Positions 39,401 to 51,428 of a stretch of 64,000 nt of DNA are shown here, one piece after another. The DNA is from Paramoeba atlantica (Eukaryota > Protista > Discosea): the NCBI GenBank assembly GCA_977017575.1, contig CDRNVI010000147.1, forward strand, positions 3,160 to 67,159. The letters run 5' to 3'. The first letter of the stretch is position 1. Each line of letters opens with the position of its first letter. Below the pieces are notes generated by a model. It did not search any database. It was not told where the DNA came from and saw only the letters and a list, made by a program, of their open reading frames with translations. The translations under genes were made by a program, and so were the position numbers.

Positions 39401-42400
39401 CAGATACAAGGAGCAATTAAAGAGCGTTGTACAGATAGTAGTCTCTACGTTATTAAAGTGCGGGCACACTGCGGGAATTCCTTCAATGAAAAAGCTGATG
39501 AAATAGCACGCAAAGCACAGAGAACAGCTGCACGTCGTTTTTCATGCGTCATTCACACGCAAAGGGAGGGAAACAAATCTAATCACGGTCAAAAAAGGGA
39601 GCATGATCTCCAAGAAAAATCTCCACACAAAGTGAATAATAATAATAATAATAACAAAAGACTATACACATGCAACTTTCAACGTACACTCTCCTTAGCG
39701 TGAATATCTTGAATCTCACAAATCCTACATGGTTTTCGGCTCTAGATCCTGGAAGAAGGTATGCCAGGACTTAGATACTACCACCTACAAAGTACTCGAA
39801 GGAATTGAAGAAGGCACGGACCATTCTCCTCTCTCAGCTGATTCCGAACACATATACGTAGATGGGGCTGTCAGTTCAGAAGCAGGAAAACCAGCCGCGG
39901 GTTCGGGGATAGTTATTGTTAATTCAAATGGTGTAAGAACCAGACAACACGTTTTACCACCGGAATGCACTTCACCGGATCGGGCTGAACTTCGCTCCTT
40001 TCGTTTAGGCATTCAGGCAGCTTCGTCTTCTACGAGGAACACAGTTATACATACTGATTCTCATTATGTATGGGACTGGTATCATAATGTTAGGGTTCGT
40101 TTTTCAATCATTGGATACGGTGGCATGCCAAATGCTGACCTACTCACGCAGATACAAGGAGCAATTAAAGAGCGTTGTACAGATAGTAGTCTCTACGTTA
40201 TTAAAGTGCGGGCACACTGCTGGAATTCCTTCAATGAAAAAGCTGATGAAATAGCACGCAAAGCACAGAGAACAGCTGCACGTCGTTTTTCATGCGTCAT
40301 TCACACGCAAAGGGAGGGAAACAAATCTAATCACGGTCAAAAAAGGGAGCATGATCTCCAAGAAAAATCTCCACACAAAGTGAATAATAATAATAATAAT
40401 AACAAAAGACTATACACATGCAACTTTCAACGTACACTCTCCTTAGCGTGAATATCTTGAATCTCACAAATCCTACATGGTTTTCGGCTCTAGATCCTGG
40501 AAGAAGGTATGCCAGGACTTAGATACTACCACCTACAAAGTACTCGAAGGAATTGAAGAAGGCACGGACAATTCTCCTCTCTCAGCTGATTCCGAACACA
40601 TATACGTAGATGGGGCTGTCAGTTCAGAAGCAGGAAAACCAGCCGCGGGTTCGGGGATAGTTATTGTTAATTCAAATGGTGTAAGAACCAGACAACACTT
40701 TTTACCACCGGAATGCACTTCACCGGATCGGGCTGAACTTCGCTCCTTTCTTTTAGGCATTCAGGCAGCTTCGTCTTCTACGAGGAACACAGTTATACAT
40801 ACTGATTCTCATTATGTATGGGACTGGTATCATAATGTTAGGGTTCGTTTTTCAATCATTGGACACGGTGGCATGCCAAATGCTGACCTACTCACGCAGA
40901 TACAAGGAGCAATTAAAGAGCGTTGTACAGATAGTAGTCTCTACGTTATTAAAGTGCGGGCACACTGCGGGAATTCCTTCAATGAAAAAGCTGATGAAAT
41001 AGCACGCAAAGCACAGAGAACAGCTGCACGTCGTTTTTCATGCGTCATTCACACGCAAAGGGAGGGAAACAAATCTAATCACGGTCAAAAAAGGGAGCAT
41101 GATCTCCAAGAAAAATCTCCACACAAAGTGAATAATAATAATAATAATAACAAAAGACTATACACATGCAACTTTCAACGTACACTCTCCTTAGCGTGAA
41201 TATCTTGAATCTCACAAATCCTACATGGTTTTCGGCTCTAGATCCTGGAAGAAGGTATGCCAGGACTTAGATACTACCACCTACAAAGTACTCGAAGGAA
41301 TTGAAGAAGGCACGGACCATTCTCCTCTCTCAGCTGATTCCGAACACATATACGTAGATGGGGCTGTCAGTTCAGAAGCAGGAAAACCAGCCGCGGGTTC
41401 GGGGATAGTTATTGTTAATTCAAATGGTGTAAGAACCAGACAACACTTTTTACCACCGGAATGCACTTCACCGGATCGGGCTGAACTTCGCTCCTTTCTT
41501 TTAGGCATTCAGGCAGCTTCGTCTTCTACGAGGAACACAGTTATACATACTGATTCTCATTATGTATGGGACTGGTATCATAATGTTAGGGTTCGTTTTT
41601 CAATCATTGGACACGGTGGCATGCCAAATGCTGACCTACTCACGCAGATACAAGGAGCAATTAAAGAGCGTTGTACAGATAGTAGTCTCTACGTTATTAA
41701 AGTGCGGGCACACTGCGGGAATTCCTTCAATGAAAAAGCTGATGAAATAGCACGCAAAGCACAGAGAACAGCTGCACGTCGTTTTTCATGCGTCATTCAC
41801 ACGCAAAGGGAGGGAAACAAATCTAATCACGGTCAAAAAAGGGAGCATGATCTCCAAGAAAAATCTCCACACAAAGTGAATAATAATAATAATAATAACA
41901 AAAGACTATACACATGCAACTTTCAACGTACACTCTCCTTAGCGTGAATATCTTGAATCTCACAAATCCTACATGGTTTTCGGCTCTAGATCCTGGAAGA
42001 AGGTATGCCAGGACTTAGATACTACCACCTACAAAGTACTCGAAGGAATTGAAGAAGGCACAGACAATTCTCCTCTCTCAGCTGATTCCGAACACATATA
42101 CGTAGATGGGGCTGTCAGTTCAGAAGCAGGAAAACCAGCCGCGGGTTCGGGGATAGTTATTGTTAATTCAAATGGTGTAAGAACCAGACAACACTTTTTA
42201 CCACCGGAATGCACTTCACCGGATCGGGCTGAACTTCGCTCCTTTCTTTTAGGCATTCAGGCAGCTTCGTCTTCTACGAGGAACACAGTTATACATACTG
42301 ATTCTCATTATGTATGGGACTGGTATCATAATGTTAGGGTTCGTTTTTCAATCATTGGACACGGTGGCATGCCAAATGCTGACCTACTCACGCAGATACA

Positions 42401-43383
42401 AGGAGCAATTAAAGAGCGTTGTACAGATAGTAGTCTCTACGTTATTAAAGTGCGGGCACACTGCGGGAATTCCTTCAATGAAAAAGCTGATGAAATAGCA
42501 CGCAAAGCACAGAGAACAGCTGCACGTCGTTTTTCATGCGTCATTCACACGCAAAGGGAGGGAAACAAATCTAATCACGGTCAAAAAAGGGAGCATGATC
42601 TCCAAGAAAAATCTCCACACAAAGTGAATAATAATAATAATAATAACAAAAGACTATACACATGCAACTTTCAACGTACACTCTCCTTAGCGTGAATATC
42701 TTGAATCTCACAAATCCTACATGGTTTTCGGCTCTAGATCCTGGAAGAAGGTATGCCAGGACTTAGATACTACCACCTACAAAGTACTCGAAGGAATTGA
42801 AGAAGGCACGGACCATTCTCCTCTCTCAGCTGATTCCGAACACATATACGTAGATGGGGCTGTCAGTTCAGAAGCAGGAAAACCAGCCGCGGGTTCGGGG
42901 ATAGTTATTGTTAATTCAAATGGTGTAAGAACCAGACAACACGTTTTACCACCGGAATGCACTTCACCGGATCGGGCTGAACTTCGCTCCTTTCTTTTAG
43001 GCATTCAGGCAGCTTCGTCTTCTACGAGGAACACAGTTATACATACTGATTCTCATTATGTATGGGACTGGTATCATAATGTTAGGGTTCGTTTTTCAAT
43101 CATTGGATACGGTGGCATGCCAAATGCTGACCTACTCACGCAGATACAAGGAGCAATTAAAGAGCGTTGTACAGATAGTAGTCTCTACGTTATTAAAGTG
43201 CGGGCACACTGCGGGAATTCCTTCAATAAAAAAGCTGATGAAATAGCACGCAAAGCACAGAGAACAGCTGCACGTCGTTTTTCATGCGTCATTCACACGC
43301 AAAGGGAGGGAAACAAATCTAATCACGGTCAAAAAAGGGAGCATGATCTCCAAGAAAAATCTCCACACAAAGTGAATATGTAA
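26711..43383 (+). repeat. Tandem array of 22 x 748-bp units, each encoding a ~240-aa RNase H-domain ORF
   Basis: Met codons at 26741, 27489, 28237, then at 748-bp steps from 30005 to 42721; unit 4 lacks this Met. DEDD residues are intact. Copy 3 has a premature TAG at 28774. Confidence 0.97.
28894..29281 (+). repeat. 388-bp copy of the native 3' flank (43378-43765) interrupting the RNase H array
   Basis: Identical ATGTAAAAAGGGAAACTG...TGGCAAGCAGA; rejoins the unit at AGAAGGTATGCC with a GA overlap. Confidence 0.9.
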
Positions 43384-44026
43384 AAAGGGAAACTGAAAAA
43401 TACAGAAGAAGGCAGCACAGTCAGGATTGCTCGTTCACTCAACCCAGAAGCTAATACCGGGGATCCAGTAACGTTTTCTCAGTACAAGACATCACGGGGT
43501 AGACTGACGAATGCCCCCATTTTTGTGAAGAAAAGCCGCTATATGTAATCGAAATTTGCTGTGTATAACTTTGCGCATTAATCTGGAACGCTTATTTTCA
43601 GGAGTGTTATGTCCTCTTGGTACATTTATTTATCAACGCGTTAATAATATTCTGGAGCATTTATGTATATTTCATTGCTAAATATCCGTACTCATACGAA
43701 AACACTGAGTGGGGTACGAAAACACTGAGTGGGGATAGTATACGGTGGTTTATTTGGCAAGCAGAGAACAAGTTGGCGCTGAGTTGCTCTTCGGGCATAT
43801 GACGCGGCAATGAAGGCAAGAACTTGCGTACTGCTTAACCCTTGGTACCGCGTTGAATATCGATGGTGAAATATTGAGCTGAAAATGGCTAATTGTAAGA
43901 TTGTTCTGGTTTGCTTGTGCTCGTTTGTACACGTTTTCTCCTAATTGCAAAAGAGGATAGGTCTCCTACCTCCATTCGCATAATCCGCGGTTTTGCCTAT
44001 TCGTGATGTGGATAGATGTTTCAGTG

Positions 44027-44086
44027 CGCTAAGGAGAGTGTACGTTGAAAGTTGCATGTGTATAGTCTTTTGTTATTATTATTATT
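44027..44086 (-). repeat. Source of the inverted 60-bp tail present at each RNase H unit junction
   Basis: Revcomp = AATAATAATAATAACAAAAGACTATACACATGCAACTTTCAACGTACACTCTCCTTAGCG, as at 27401-27460. Confidence 0.92.
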
Positions 44087-44427
44087 GATGGATTTGCGTT
44101 GCGCGATCCGAGGTTTTTGATTTTACAGCTGATAACGGTGTCAGAAATGCCCAATCACATAGTAAAATAATTTTTCATATACCATCCCAGAACTCACAAA
44201 AGGATAACGATAGCAATGACACTTGTCCCCTCGAAACCAGCAAAGCCTCAAAGTAAAAAAGAACAGTTCCCGGATCAATTATTGTATACGCGCCAATTGT
44301 TGTCAAACGTGATGAAGAATCAATGCAGAAGTAGCAGTATCTAATATATTCGAAAGGACCTAATATATTCGAAGGCAACTAATCAATACTTATTTGTACG
44401 GAGATATACGTGTGGTAGTGAACTCTT

Positions 44428-45290
44428 TTAGAGTCGTAAACTCCCAATCCACTTTTCATCGGTGATGTAATCTCGGAGTTGAGACACTACCGTGTAAGCC
44501 GATAGCTTTTCAAGTTCCAGCTGAAAAGCCTCACGCACGTTTTCATATTTTCGATTCGCGCGCTGAGCCAACGCCTTTAATAGTTGTTTTGTGTCGTTGT
44601 GCAACACACCACAATCTGAGGCGGCGATGCAACGAAATGCCTCACTGTCCACACCTTTCTCTGTCACATATTTCTTGAACTTAAATATTAAAGATCTTAA
44701 ATATTAAGAGATCTACATACATTCATATCCCCCCCAATAGAGAAATATTAAGAGATCTACTGAACTTCCTTTCCTGGGCTTGCTGCAGTAGGTAGTTGCT
44801 TGTTTGTTTCTTGTAATAAAAAAACAAAAATTTGTAGCTTGTAACTGTTGCAGCAAGTGTGAACCACTGTGAAATCATAGAGGACTTCTCCCATATGGGG
44901 CCACATGATAGCGAGGTCGGGGCCAGATCGAATCCTGCGCGCCTTACATGGATGTTGGTCAGAAACCTCCGCAGAAATAGAGCATTTACACTTTGTACAA
45001 TAAAATGAGGAGTGAATTCGCGGTTCGATAACACACGGAAGTCCTGCCTTCGCGCACAAGTCAGCTAGATAGCGCACGATGTGAGAGTGTTTACGAGTGC
45101 AGTTCATACCTGAGCATCTCGAGCATCCTGCGATATGTGGAATAATACTAGAAGATGTTTCTGGACCACAGCATCCCGGGCATACGACGTTTATTGGCGC
45201 TTTCGGTAGACTTATTCCAAGTCGCATCATTAGGGTGTAGCGGAAAAGGTAAGGATTCACATAGTTATTCGTACTCTCTAAATGTCCGAG
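44428..45290 (-). pseudogene. Disrupted 3' fragment (RLE domain) of the CRE-like family of 47027-50515
   Basis: CPGC..HIAGC, KHSHIV, SGPDL, YDFTV and the C-terminal EKWIGSLRL match the intact copy; split by AT-rich insertions near 44690-44830. Confidence 0.88.
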
Positions 45291-46635
45291 GCAGCGCACA
45301 TGCAAATCGCCGCGATTGAAGTCGTGAAGTCACAAAACTTTGATATGCCTTTTTCTGAAAACCGAAAGCTGAGACCACGCGCAGCACGCAGCGGCGCGCC
45401 AAAGTGGATTTATGCACTCGTGAGTGCGCGCTCCGAATGTTGATGGATTTGCGTTGCGCGATTCGAGGCAGCGCACACATCGCGCAAATCGCCGCGATTG
45501 AAGTCGTGAAGTCACAAAACTTTGATATACATTTTTCTGAAAACCAAAAACTGAGACCACGCGCAGCACGCAGCGGCGCGCCAAAGTGGATTTATGCACT
45601 CGTGAGTGCGCGCTCCGAATGTTGATGGATTTGCGTTGCGTGATCCGAGGCAGCGCACATGCAAATCGCCGCGATTGAAGTCGTGAAGTCACAAAACTTT
45701 GATATGCCTTTTTCTGAAAACCGAAAGCTGAGACCACGCGCAGCACGCAGCGGCGCGCCAAAGTGGATTTATGCACTCGTGAGTGTGCGCTCCGAATGTT
45801 TATGGATTTGCGTTGCGCGATTCGAGGCAGCGCACACATCGCGCAAATCGCCGCGATTGAAGTCGTGAAGTCACAAAACTTTGATATACATTTTTCTGAA
45901 AACCAAAAACTGAGACCACGCGCAGCACGCAGCGGCGCGCCAAAGTGGATTTATGCACTCGTGAGTGCGCGCTCCGAATGTTGATGGATTTGCGTTGCGC
46001 GATCCGAGGCACCGCACACGCAAATCGCCGCGATTGAAGTTGTGAAGTCACAAAACTTTGATATGCCTTTTTCTGAAAGCCGAAAGCTGAGACCACGCGC
46101 AGGAGCAACGGTGCGCCAAAGTGGATTTATGCACTCGTGAGTGCGCATTCCGAATGTTGATGGATTTGCATTGCGTGATCCGAGGCACCGCACACGCAAA
46201 TCGCCGCGATTGAAGTCGTGAAGTCACAAAACTTTGATATACATTTTTCTGAAAACCAAAAACTGAGACCACGCGCAGCACGCAGCGGCGCGCCAAAGTG
46301 GATTTATGCACTCGTGAGTGCGCGCTCCGAATGTTGATGGATTTGCGTTGCGCGATCCGAGGCACCGCACACGCAAATCGCCGCGATTGAAGTTGTGAAG
46401 TCACAAAACTTTGATATGCCTTTTTCTGAAAACCGAAAGCTGAGACCACGCGCAGCACGCAGCGGCGCGCCAAAGTGGATTTATGCACTCGTGAGTGTGC
46501 GCTCCGAATGTTGATGGATTTGCGTTGCGTGATCCGAGGCACCGCACACGCAAATCGCCGCGATTGAAGGCGTGAAGTCGCAAAACTTTGATGCGCCTTT
46601 TTCTGAAAACCGAAAGCTGAGACCACGCGCAGCAC
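45285..46635. repeat. ~177-bp satellite, ~7.5 units (periods 182,177,182,177,176,177,177)
   Basis: GCAAATCGCCGCG recurs at 45302, 45484, 45661, 45843, 46020, 46196, 46373 and 46550. Confidence 0.95.
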
Positions 46636-46779
46636 TCGTGCAACCGGTATGATTCCAGAGTTCGCGTTTCAATGTCTTCCGATCTTTTCTTGCGGTTCTC
46701 TCCACCAGAACACAAGATTTCTGATACATGCACTTGCGGATGCAAAGGGCACAGTTGTAGGCACAGTTGTTTTCAACTT

Positions 46780-46950
46780 GCAAAGGGCACAGTTGTAGGC
46801 AGAACTTCACGTAAGGGACAAGTTAAAATAAAGATTTCGTACGGGCCAGAATCTGAGAGTGAAGGTCCAAGCGGTTTTCTTTACTTACCACAATCACACA
46901 AGATCAGAATCCGCAGTATTCGAGCAACAAAATTGCTGAAAGTTGAGATT
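46780..46950 (+). pseudogene. Fragment of the CRE-like N-terminal beta-rich domain
   Basis: KGTVVGRTSRKGQVKIKISY..GPSGFLYLPQSHKIRI..ATKLLKVE matches the N-termini of neighbouring elements. Confidence 0.8.
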
Positions 46951-46985
46951 CCAACTTTCTCAAACGCGGATGATATTGTATTGTA

Positions 46986-49900
46986 TTTCTGTACCTTGTT
47001 GTTGTTTTTTTATATATTTAATCGCTATGACACGCCTTGCTCGCGTAGATTCTCAGACGTCGAAAGGCTTAGGTGTGAAAACTGGTCGATCGAAAGTGAA
47101 ATCAAGCGTACCAGAAAAGAAATACCAAAAGAACAAGGAGAAAAAGCACGTAGTCAATGACTTTTCGGGCGACAAATTTGGCGAGACCATTCCCCCCACC
47201 CCGACAAAGACGAGAATACCACGAATAAGAATCATCGGAACAACTACTACCCCCACCCCGACAAAACCGAAGAAAACGCCACGAATCAGAATCATCGGAG
47301 GAGAGCCACTTTCAAAGATTTGGGCAGACCACGGGACTGACCAGGCTACTCACCACCTGCGAAACGAGACCTCCGAAGAACCGACTGATAGGGGTGAAGT
47401 TGCCACTGGCGAACTACACGAATCTCATAAAAAAGATCTGCGTGACGAATGTGACGGGATGTCGTTAGACAGCGAGTGCGAAGCAGAGCGAGAGATGGCG
47501 ACACGGAGCAGCAGCTCAAAGTCAGCAGACCATGTACACAACGTTGTGTCTAAGTGGGGAAAAGGGACGGAATGTGTAATCGAATGGGGATTCCGACAGA
47601 ATGCCGCAACATACACTTCAAAAGGTATCGTTGTCGGTCGATCTGCTCGAAAAGGAAATGTGAAAATCAAGATATCCTACGAACCTGCTCCAGGGAACGA
47701 AGGCCCAAATGGTTTCCTTTATCTTCCTCAGTCCAACAAAATCAAAATCTATAGTCTTCGAGCCACCAAACTGCTTAAAGTTGAGACGACAATAAGAAAC
47801 TTGGAGGAACAGGCGGACAACATTTCTAGTGAAGATGGTCAAAGCGACCTCGAACCTCTTCCACCCATGGCGCAAATCGATCCATCCTTCTCAGTCCATG
47901 TCGTGGCTATCTTCCGCGCAATCATTCGAGGCTATTCCGCCGTGAAACTCGACTCTGAAAAAGCAGCAATATGGCATAAATTCCTGAACGCACCCCGAGA
48001 TTCGCTGGCTACAGTTCGTCAAATGTCTCGACGGAAACAAAGTATAGGACACACACGCAAGACAGAGGAACTATCAACAGAATGCAATCTCAGTGCAGAT
48101 GAACGCGAAGAACTGCAGGTCGACAGACGCTCGATAAGAAACGCATTGACGACCGCCCGAGCTTCGAATCTGGGGAAAGCCACCCGCATCATTGACAACG
48201 TATATAGGGACTCTGTGCTTACAGCCGACGAAAAAGTTCAGAAATTGAAGGAGCTACATCCTGAGGGCCATGCCATTCAAATCCCGGAAACCGATTTTCC
48301 ACGCATTGGCATAGTAGAGAAATCGGAACTTCGGCTAGCCGTCGACAAGTTAGCTCGGGGAGCTTCACCAGGACCAAGCGGGCTCAGCGAGAGTATGATG
48401 CGTTTACTTGGGGACGACGATGAATCAAGCCTCTCATTGTGCCACATGATTCGGGACGTTATCAACGGTGAAATTCCGCTATGTGTTCGGAAACGTCTCA
48501 CTCGATGTCGAATAATTGCCCTTCCGAAGCCACAGAATGGGATACGTCCAGTTGCCATGGGAGACACCATCCTTAAAATTTGTGGGTCTATACTACTTCA
48601 GCGACATGAATCTTCATTAAAAGCTTTCTTTGCGCCAATCCAACGAGGAGTGTTGTGTAAGAATGCCTGCGAATCAATCATTCATGAGTTGCTACAAGAA
48701 TACGAAGATGGACATGCGTTGCTCGCGGTCGATTTCAGCAACGCCTACAATACGCCACGGCGCGATACCATTGCACAGGCCCTGACGGAAAACTCCATAT
48801 TCAAACCTTTCATGCGATTGTTCTATTTGGAATATGGGCTTCCGTCAGAGTTACTCTTTTTCGCGCACAACTCTCTTTTCGCAACCATTGAAAGCACATC
48901 TGGTATTCGTCAGGGCTCCGCTCTATCTTCCATGTATTTTTGCGCACTTTTACAAGCCCCACTTCGAGAAGTCGCAAGTCTATACCCTGATGTCAAAATT
49001 CGGGCATACCAAGATGACGTGACCCTGAGTTCAAAAAATGTGCAATCGCTCGAGGCAGCTTTCCTCCATTTACGCGAAATCACTGGAGAGCTCAATCTGC
49101 ATGTTAAGTTTCAAAAGTGCGAATGGTTCCAGAAAGATACTCCACGAACCGATGTACCCTTGCCGCTGGAACAACTAGGTGTCAACTTCCGTACCGATGC
49201 AATAAAAATTCTTGGAGCTTACATCGGCGCAGATGAAGTTGTAGAGAATCTTCTCCTGCAGAAAATGGAAAAACACAAATGCCTCTTTCGTCGCCTTTTG
49301 CTCATGGGTCCAAGTAACCTATCTCTCGCCATTCTGCGAAGATGCACAATCCCGCGACAAGATTACCATTTGCGAGTCCATCGACCAAATGCCACCCTCC
49401 GGCTTGCACAATCTTTTGAAACACAGGTTCATAGAGTTTTACAAAAATGGTGCGGTGCCGACGAAAATGCACTCAAACTCGCAGCACTTCCTCAAAAACT
49501 TGGTGGATTAGGTCTGATTTCTTCCACTCTGAAGCAGAAATTTTGTTTTGAATCTGCCCGAACATCTATCGAAGAGCAATTTAAACCCATTTACGCTCCG
49601 GTAGATATTACAGGCGGAGTCAAGGCAATAGAAAAAGCTCAGAGCCGCGGAGAACTCTCGCAAAGGCTACTCAAAAAGAAAATAAGCAATGAACATGAAA
49701 AACAACTGGCAGAACTGCAGAAAAACACTGAGATTGAACACATCTTGAAGCGCACGAAGGAATCCAATTTTCATCTGGAAAGCACGAGTAACTATGTCAA
49801 TCCCTACCTCTTTCGCTACACACTCAAGATGCGCTTGGGCATCAGCCTGTCAAAAACACCTGCAAAGATTACATGCCCGGGTTGCTGCAGTCAAGAATCT

Positions 49901-50936
49901 CCTTCCAACATTATTCCTCACGTCGCAGGCTGTTCCCGTTGCTCTGGGATGAATTGTACGCGGAAACATTCCCACATTGTCCGCTATCTTGCAGAATTAT
50001 GCTCCAAAGCAGGCCTGCCTTCCGTCATTGAACCGCGTATTCATTCATCATACTATTGTACCAAATGCAAATGCACCATCTCCGCGGAAGTGTCAGAACA
50101 ACACCCGTGTAAAGCTCGACGAATACGTTCCGGCCCAGATATTGCCATTATGTGGCCTCACATGGGCGAGGTCCTATACGATTTCACGGTCGTCCACACT
50201 TGCTGCACGAGCTACGTCAAACAGACCAGCAACGCTCTCTTACAACAAGCAATCGACCGAAAGATCAAGAAATATGTCACTGAAAAAGGCGTTGATAGCG
50301 ATTCTTTTCGATGTTTGGCCACTACAGACTGTGGCCTTCTGCACAGCGATACAAAAGCCCTTTTGAAAGCACTCGCTCACCGTGCCCAAGCGAATTATGA
50401 AAATGTACGTCATGCTCTTCAACTTGAAATCGAGAAGATGGGGGCATATACCGTAGTATCTCAACTGCGTGAATATATTCCGAAAGAAAACTGGATAGGA
50501 GGACTTCGGTTTTAGACACCCCAGAAGCCCAACTCAAATTTTTTATTATGGATATTCATATTGTTGTTGTTGGATATTCATATTATTTTCATTAATTATT
50601 ATTTTCATTAATAGATCTTGTGAAGGTAATCGAAGCGTACACGTAAAAAAACATAAAAGTATACGGATTGAAATTCAGGAGGGATTATATTTGAATAGGG
50701 ATTCTGAACACTAGGAAATAAATGATGCTAAACCTGACTGACACATGATGATGGTGAATTATCCAAACAAGTCATGGCTAGGCTTCGTCGCGCCAGACTC
50801 GTAAAAACATTGCTATCGTTATCCTTGTACGAGTTCTGTAAGTGAGGTTTGATTATGATTTCTTTTCTATATATGATTTACTATGTGTCCGGGCATTTTT
50901 ATACAGGTTTTATTTTGTGTGACGTGTGTGCGGGCA

Positions 50937-50967
<31 letters not shown>
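46986..50967 (+). mobile_element. Apparently full-length CRE-like non-LTR retrotransposon: SL relic, ORF, 3' UTR, poly(A)
   Basis: TTTCTGTACCTTGTTG at 46986-47001; ORF 47027-50515; A-run at 50940-50967. Confidence 0.75.
47027..50515 (+). CDS. CRE-like RT-RLE protein (1162 aa from ATG 47027)
   Basis: ELHP, RPVAMG, VDFSNAYN, GIRQGSALS, AYQDDV, GGLGL, CPGC..HVAGC, KHSH, SGPDI, YDFTV, KKY. Confidence 0.92.
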   Translation: MTRLARVDSQTSKGLGVKTGRSKVKSSVPEKKYQKNKEKKHVVNDFSGDKFGETIPPTPTKTRIPRIRIIGTTTTPTPTKPKKTPRIRIIGGEPLSKIWADHGTDQATHHLRNETSEEPTDRGEVATGELHESHKKDLRDECDGMSLDSECEAEREMATRSSSSKSADHVHNVVSKWGKGTECVIEWGFRQNAATYTSKGIVVGRSARKGNVKIKISYEPAPGNEGPNGFLYLPQSNKIKIYSLRATKLLKVETTIRNLEEQADNISSEDGQSDLEPLPPMAQIDPSFSVHVVAIFRAIIRGYSAVKLDSEKAAIWHKFLNAPRDSLATVRQMSRRKQSIGHTRKTEELSTECNLSADEREELQVDRRSIRNALTTARASNLGKATRIIDNVYRDSVLTADEKVQKLKELHPEGHAIQIPETDFPRIGIVEKSELRLAVDKLARGASPGPSGLSESMMRLLGDDDESSLSLCHMIRDVINGEIPLCVRKRLTRCRIIALPKPQNGIRPVAMGDTILKICGSILLQRHESSLKAFFAPIQRGVLCKNACESIIHELLQEYEDGHALLAVDFSNAYNTPRRDTIAQALTENSIFKPFMRLFYLEYGLPSELLFFAHNSLFATIESTSGIRQGSALSSMYFCALLQAPLREVASLYPDVKIRAYQDDVTLSSKNVQSLEAAFLHLREITGELNLHVKFQKCEWFQKDTPRTDVPLPLEQLGVNFRTDAIKILGAYIGADEVVENLLLQKMEKHKCLFRRLLLMGPSNLSLAILRRCTIPRQDYHLRVHRPNATLRLAQSFETQVHRVLQKWCGADENALKLAALPQKLGGLGLISSTLKQKFCFESARTSIEEQFKPIYAPVDITGGVKAIEKAQSRGELSQRLLKKKISNEHEKQLAELQKNTEIEHILKRTKESNFHLESTSNYVNPYLFRYTLKMRLGISLSKTPAKITCPGCCSQESPSNIIPHVAGCSRCSGMNCTRKHSHIVRYLAELCSKAGLPSVIEPRIHSSYYCTKCKCTISAEVSEQHPCKARRIRSGPDIAIMWPHMGEVLYDFTVVHTCCTSYVKQTSNALLQQAIDRKIKKYVTEKGVDSDSFRCLATTDCGLLHSDTKALLKALAHRAQANYENVRHALQLEIEKMGAYTVVSQLREYIPKENWIGGLRF

Positions 50968-50970
<3 letters not shown>

Positions 50971-51233
50971 TCCTGTTTCGCGACCGTGTCGCTGTCGACA
51001 CAGGCCCGCGCCTGCGCCCTCCCATATAACAAGGGAAGGGTCCACAAGTCAGGCCGTGGTGAGGTCGAAAGACCCGGTCCGGAACGCGCGGATGGATTGG
51101 GCGTGGATTGCTTCCTTTTTTATTATTATTGTTATCAGAATCATAAATAACTTAAGGCAGGTTGAATTACTAGTTTTGGGCTACAACATGTGAAATTGCT
51201 AATTTGATTGCTTGTTTACAAATCATATACCCC
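50971..51233 (+). repeat. Hairpin-rich non-coding dispersed repeat, copy 2
   Basis: Homologous to 17542-17887; several differences fall in predicted loops. Confidence 0.8.
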
Positions 51234-51428
51234 CCCCAATGGACCTTCATGGTTCATGTATTGGGTAATATAGAGGCAATGCCGCGTTTCATACTTCTCC
51301 CCCCTTATTAATCGCAAAAAAAAAAAAAAAAAAAAAATATTGTATTGTTTGCTGCAACGAAACCTGAATTAAAAATCATGCTTACTGTACCTTGTTGATT
51401 CATTTTAATTTTCTATTTTTCTACGCTT

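Noticed and set aside
26797-43246. Recurring 75-aa (minus) and 62-aa (plus) ORFs in each array unit
   Set aside because: Shadow frames of the RNase H ORF, repeated only because the unit is.
45285-46635. Homology to the Trypanosoma brucei 177-bp repeat
   Set aside because: Only the length agrees; this unit is GC-rich and I see no sequence match.
45265-46810. Multiple overlapping Arg/Ala-rich ORFs
   Set aside because: Translations of the 177-bp satellite.
46943-47026. ORF-track starts at 46943 and 58734
   Set aside because: They lie upstream of or within SL relics; ATGs at 47027 and 58683 fit the shared leader spacing.
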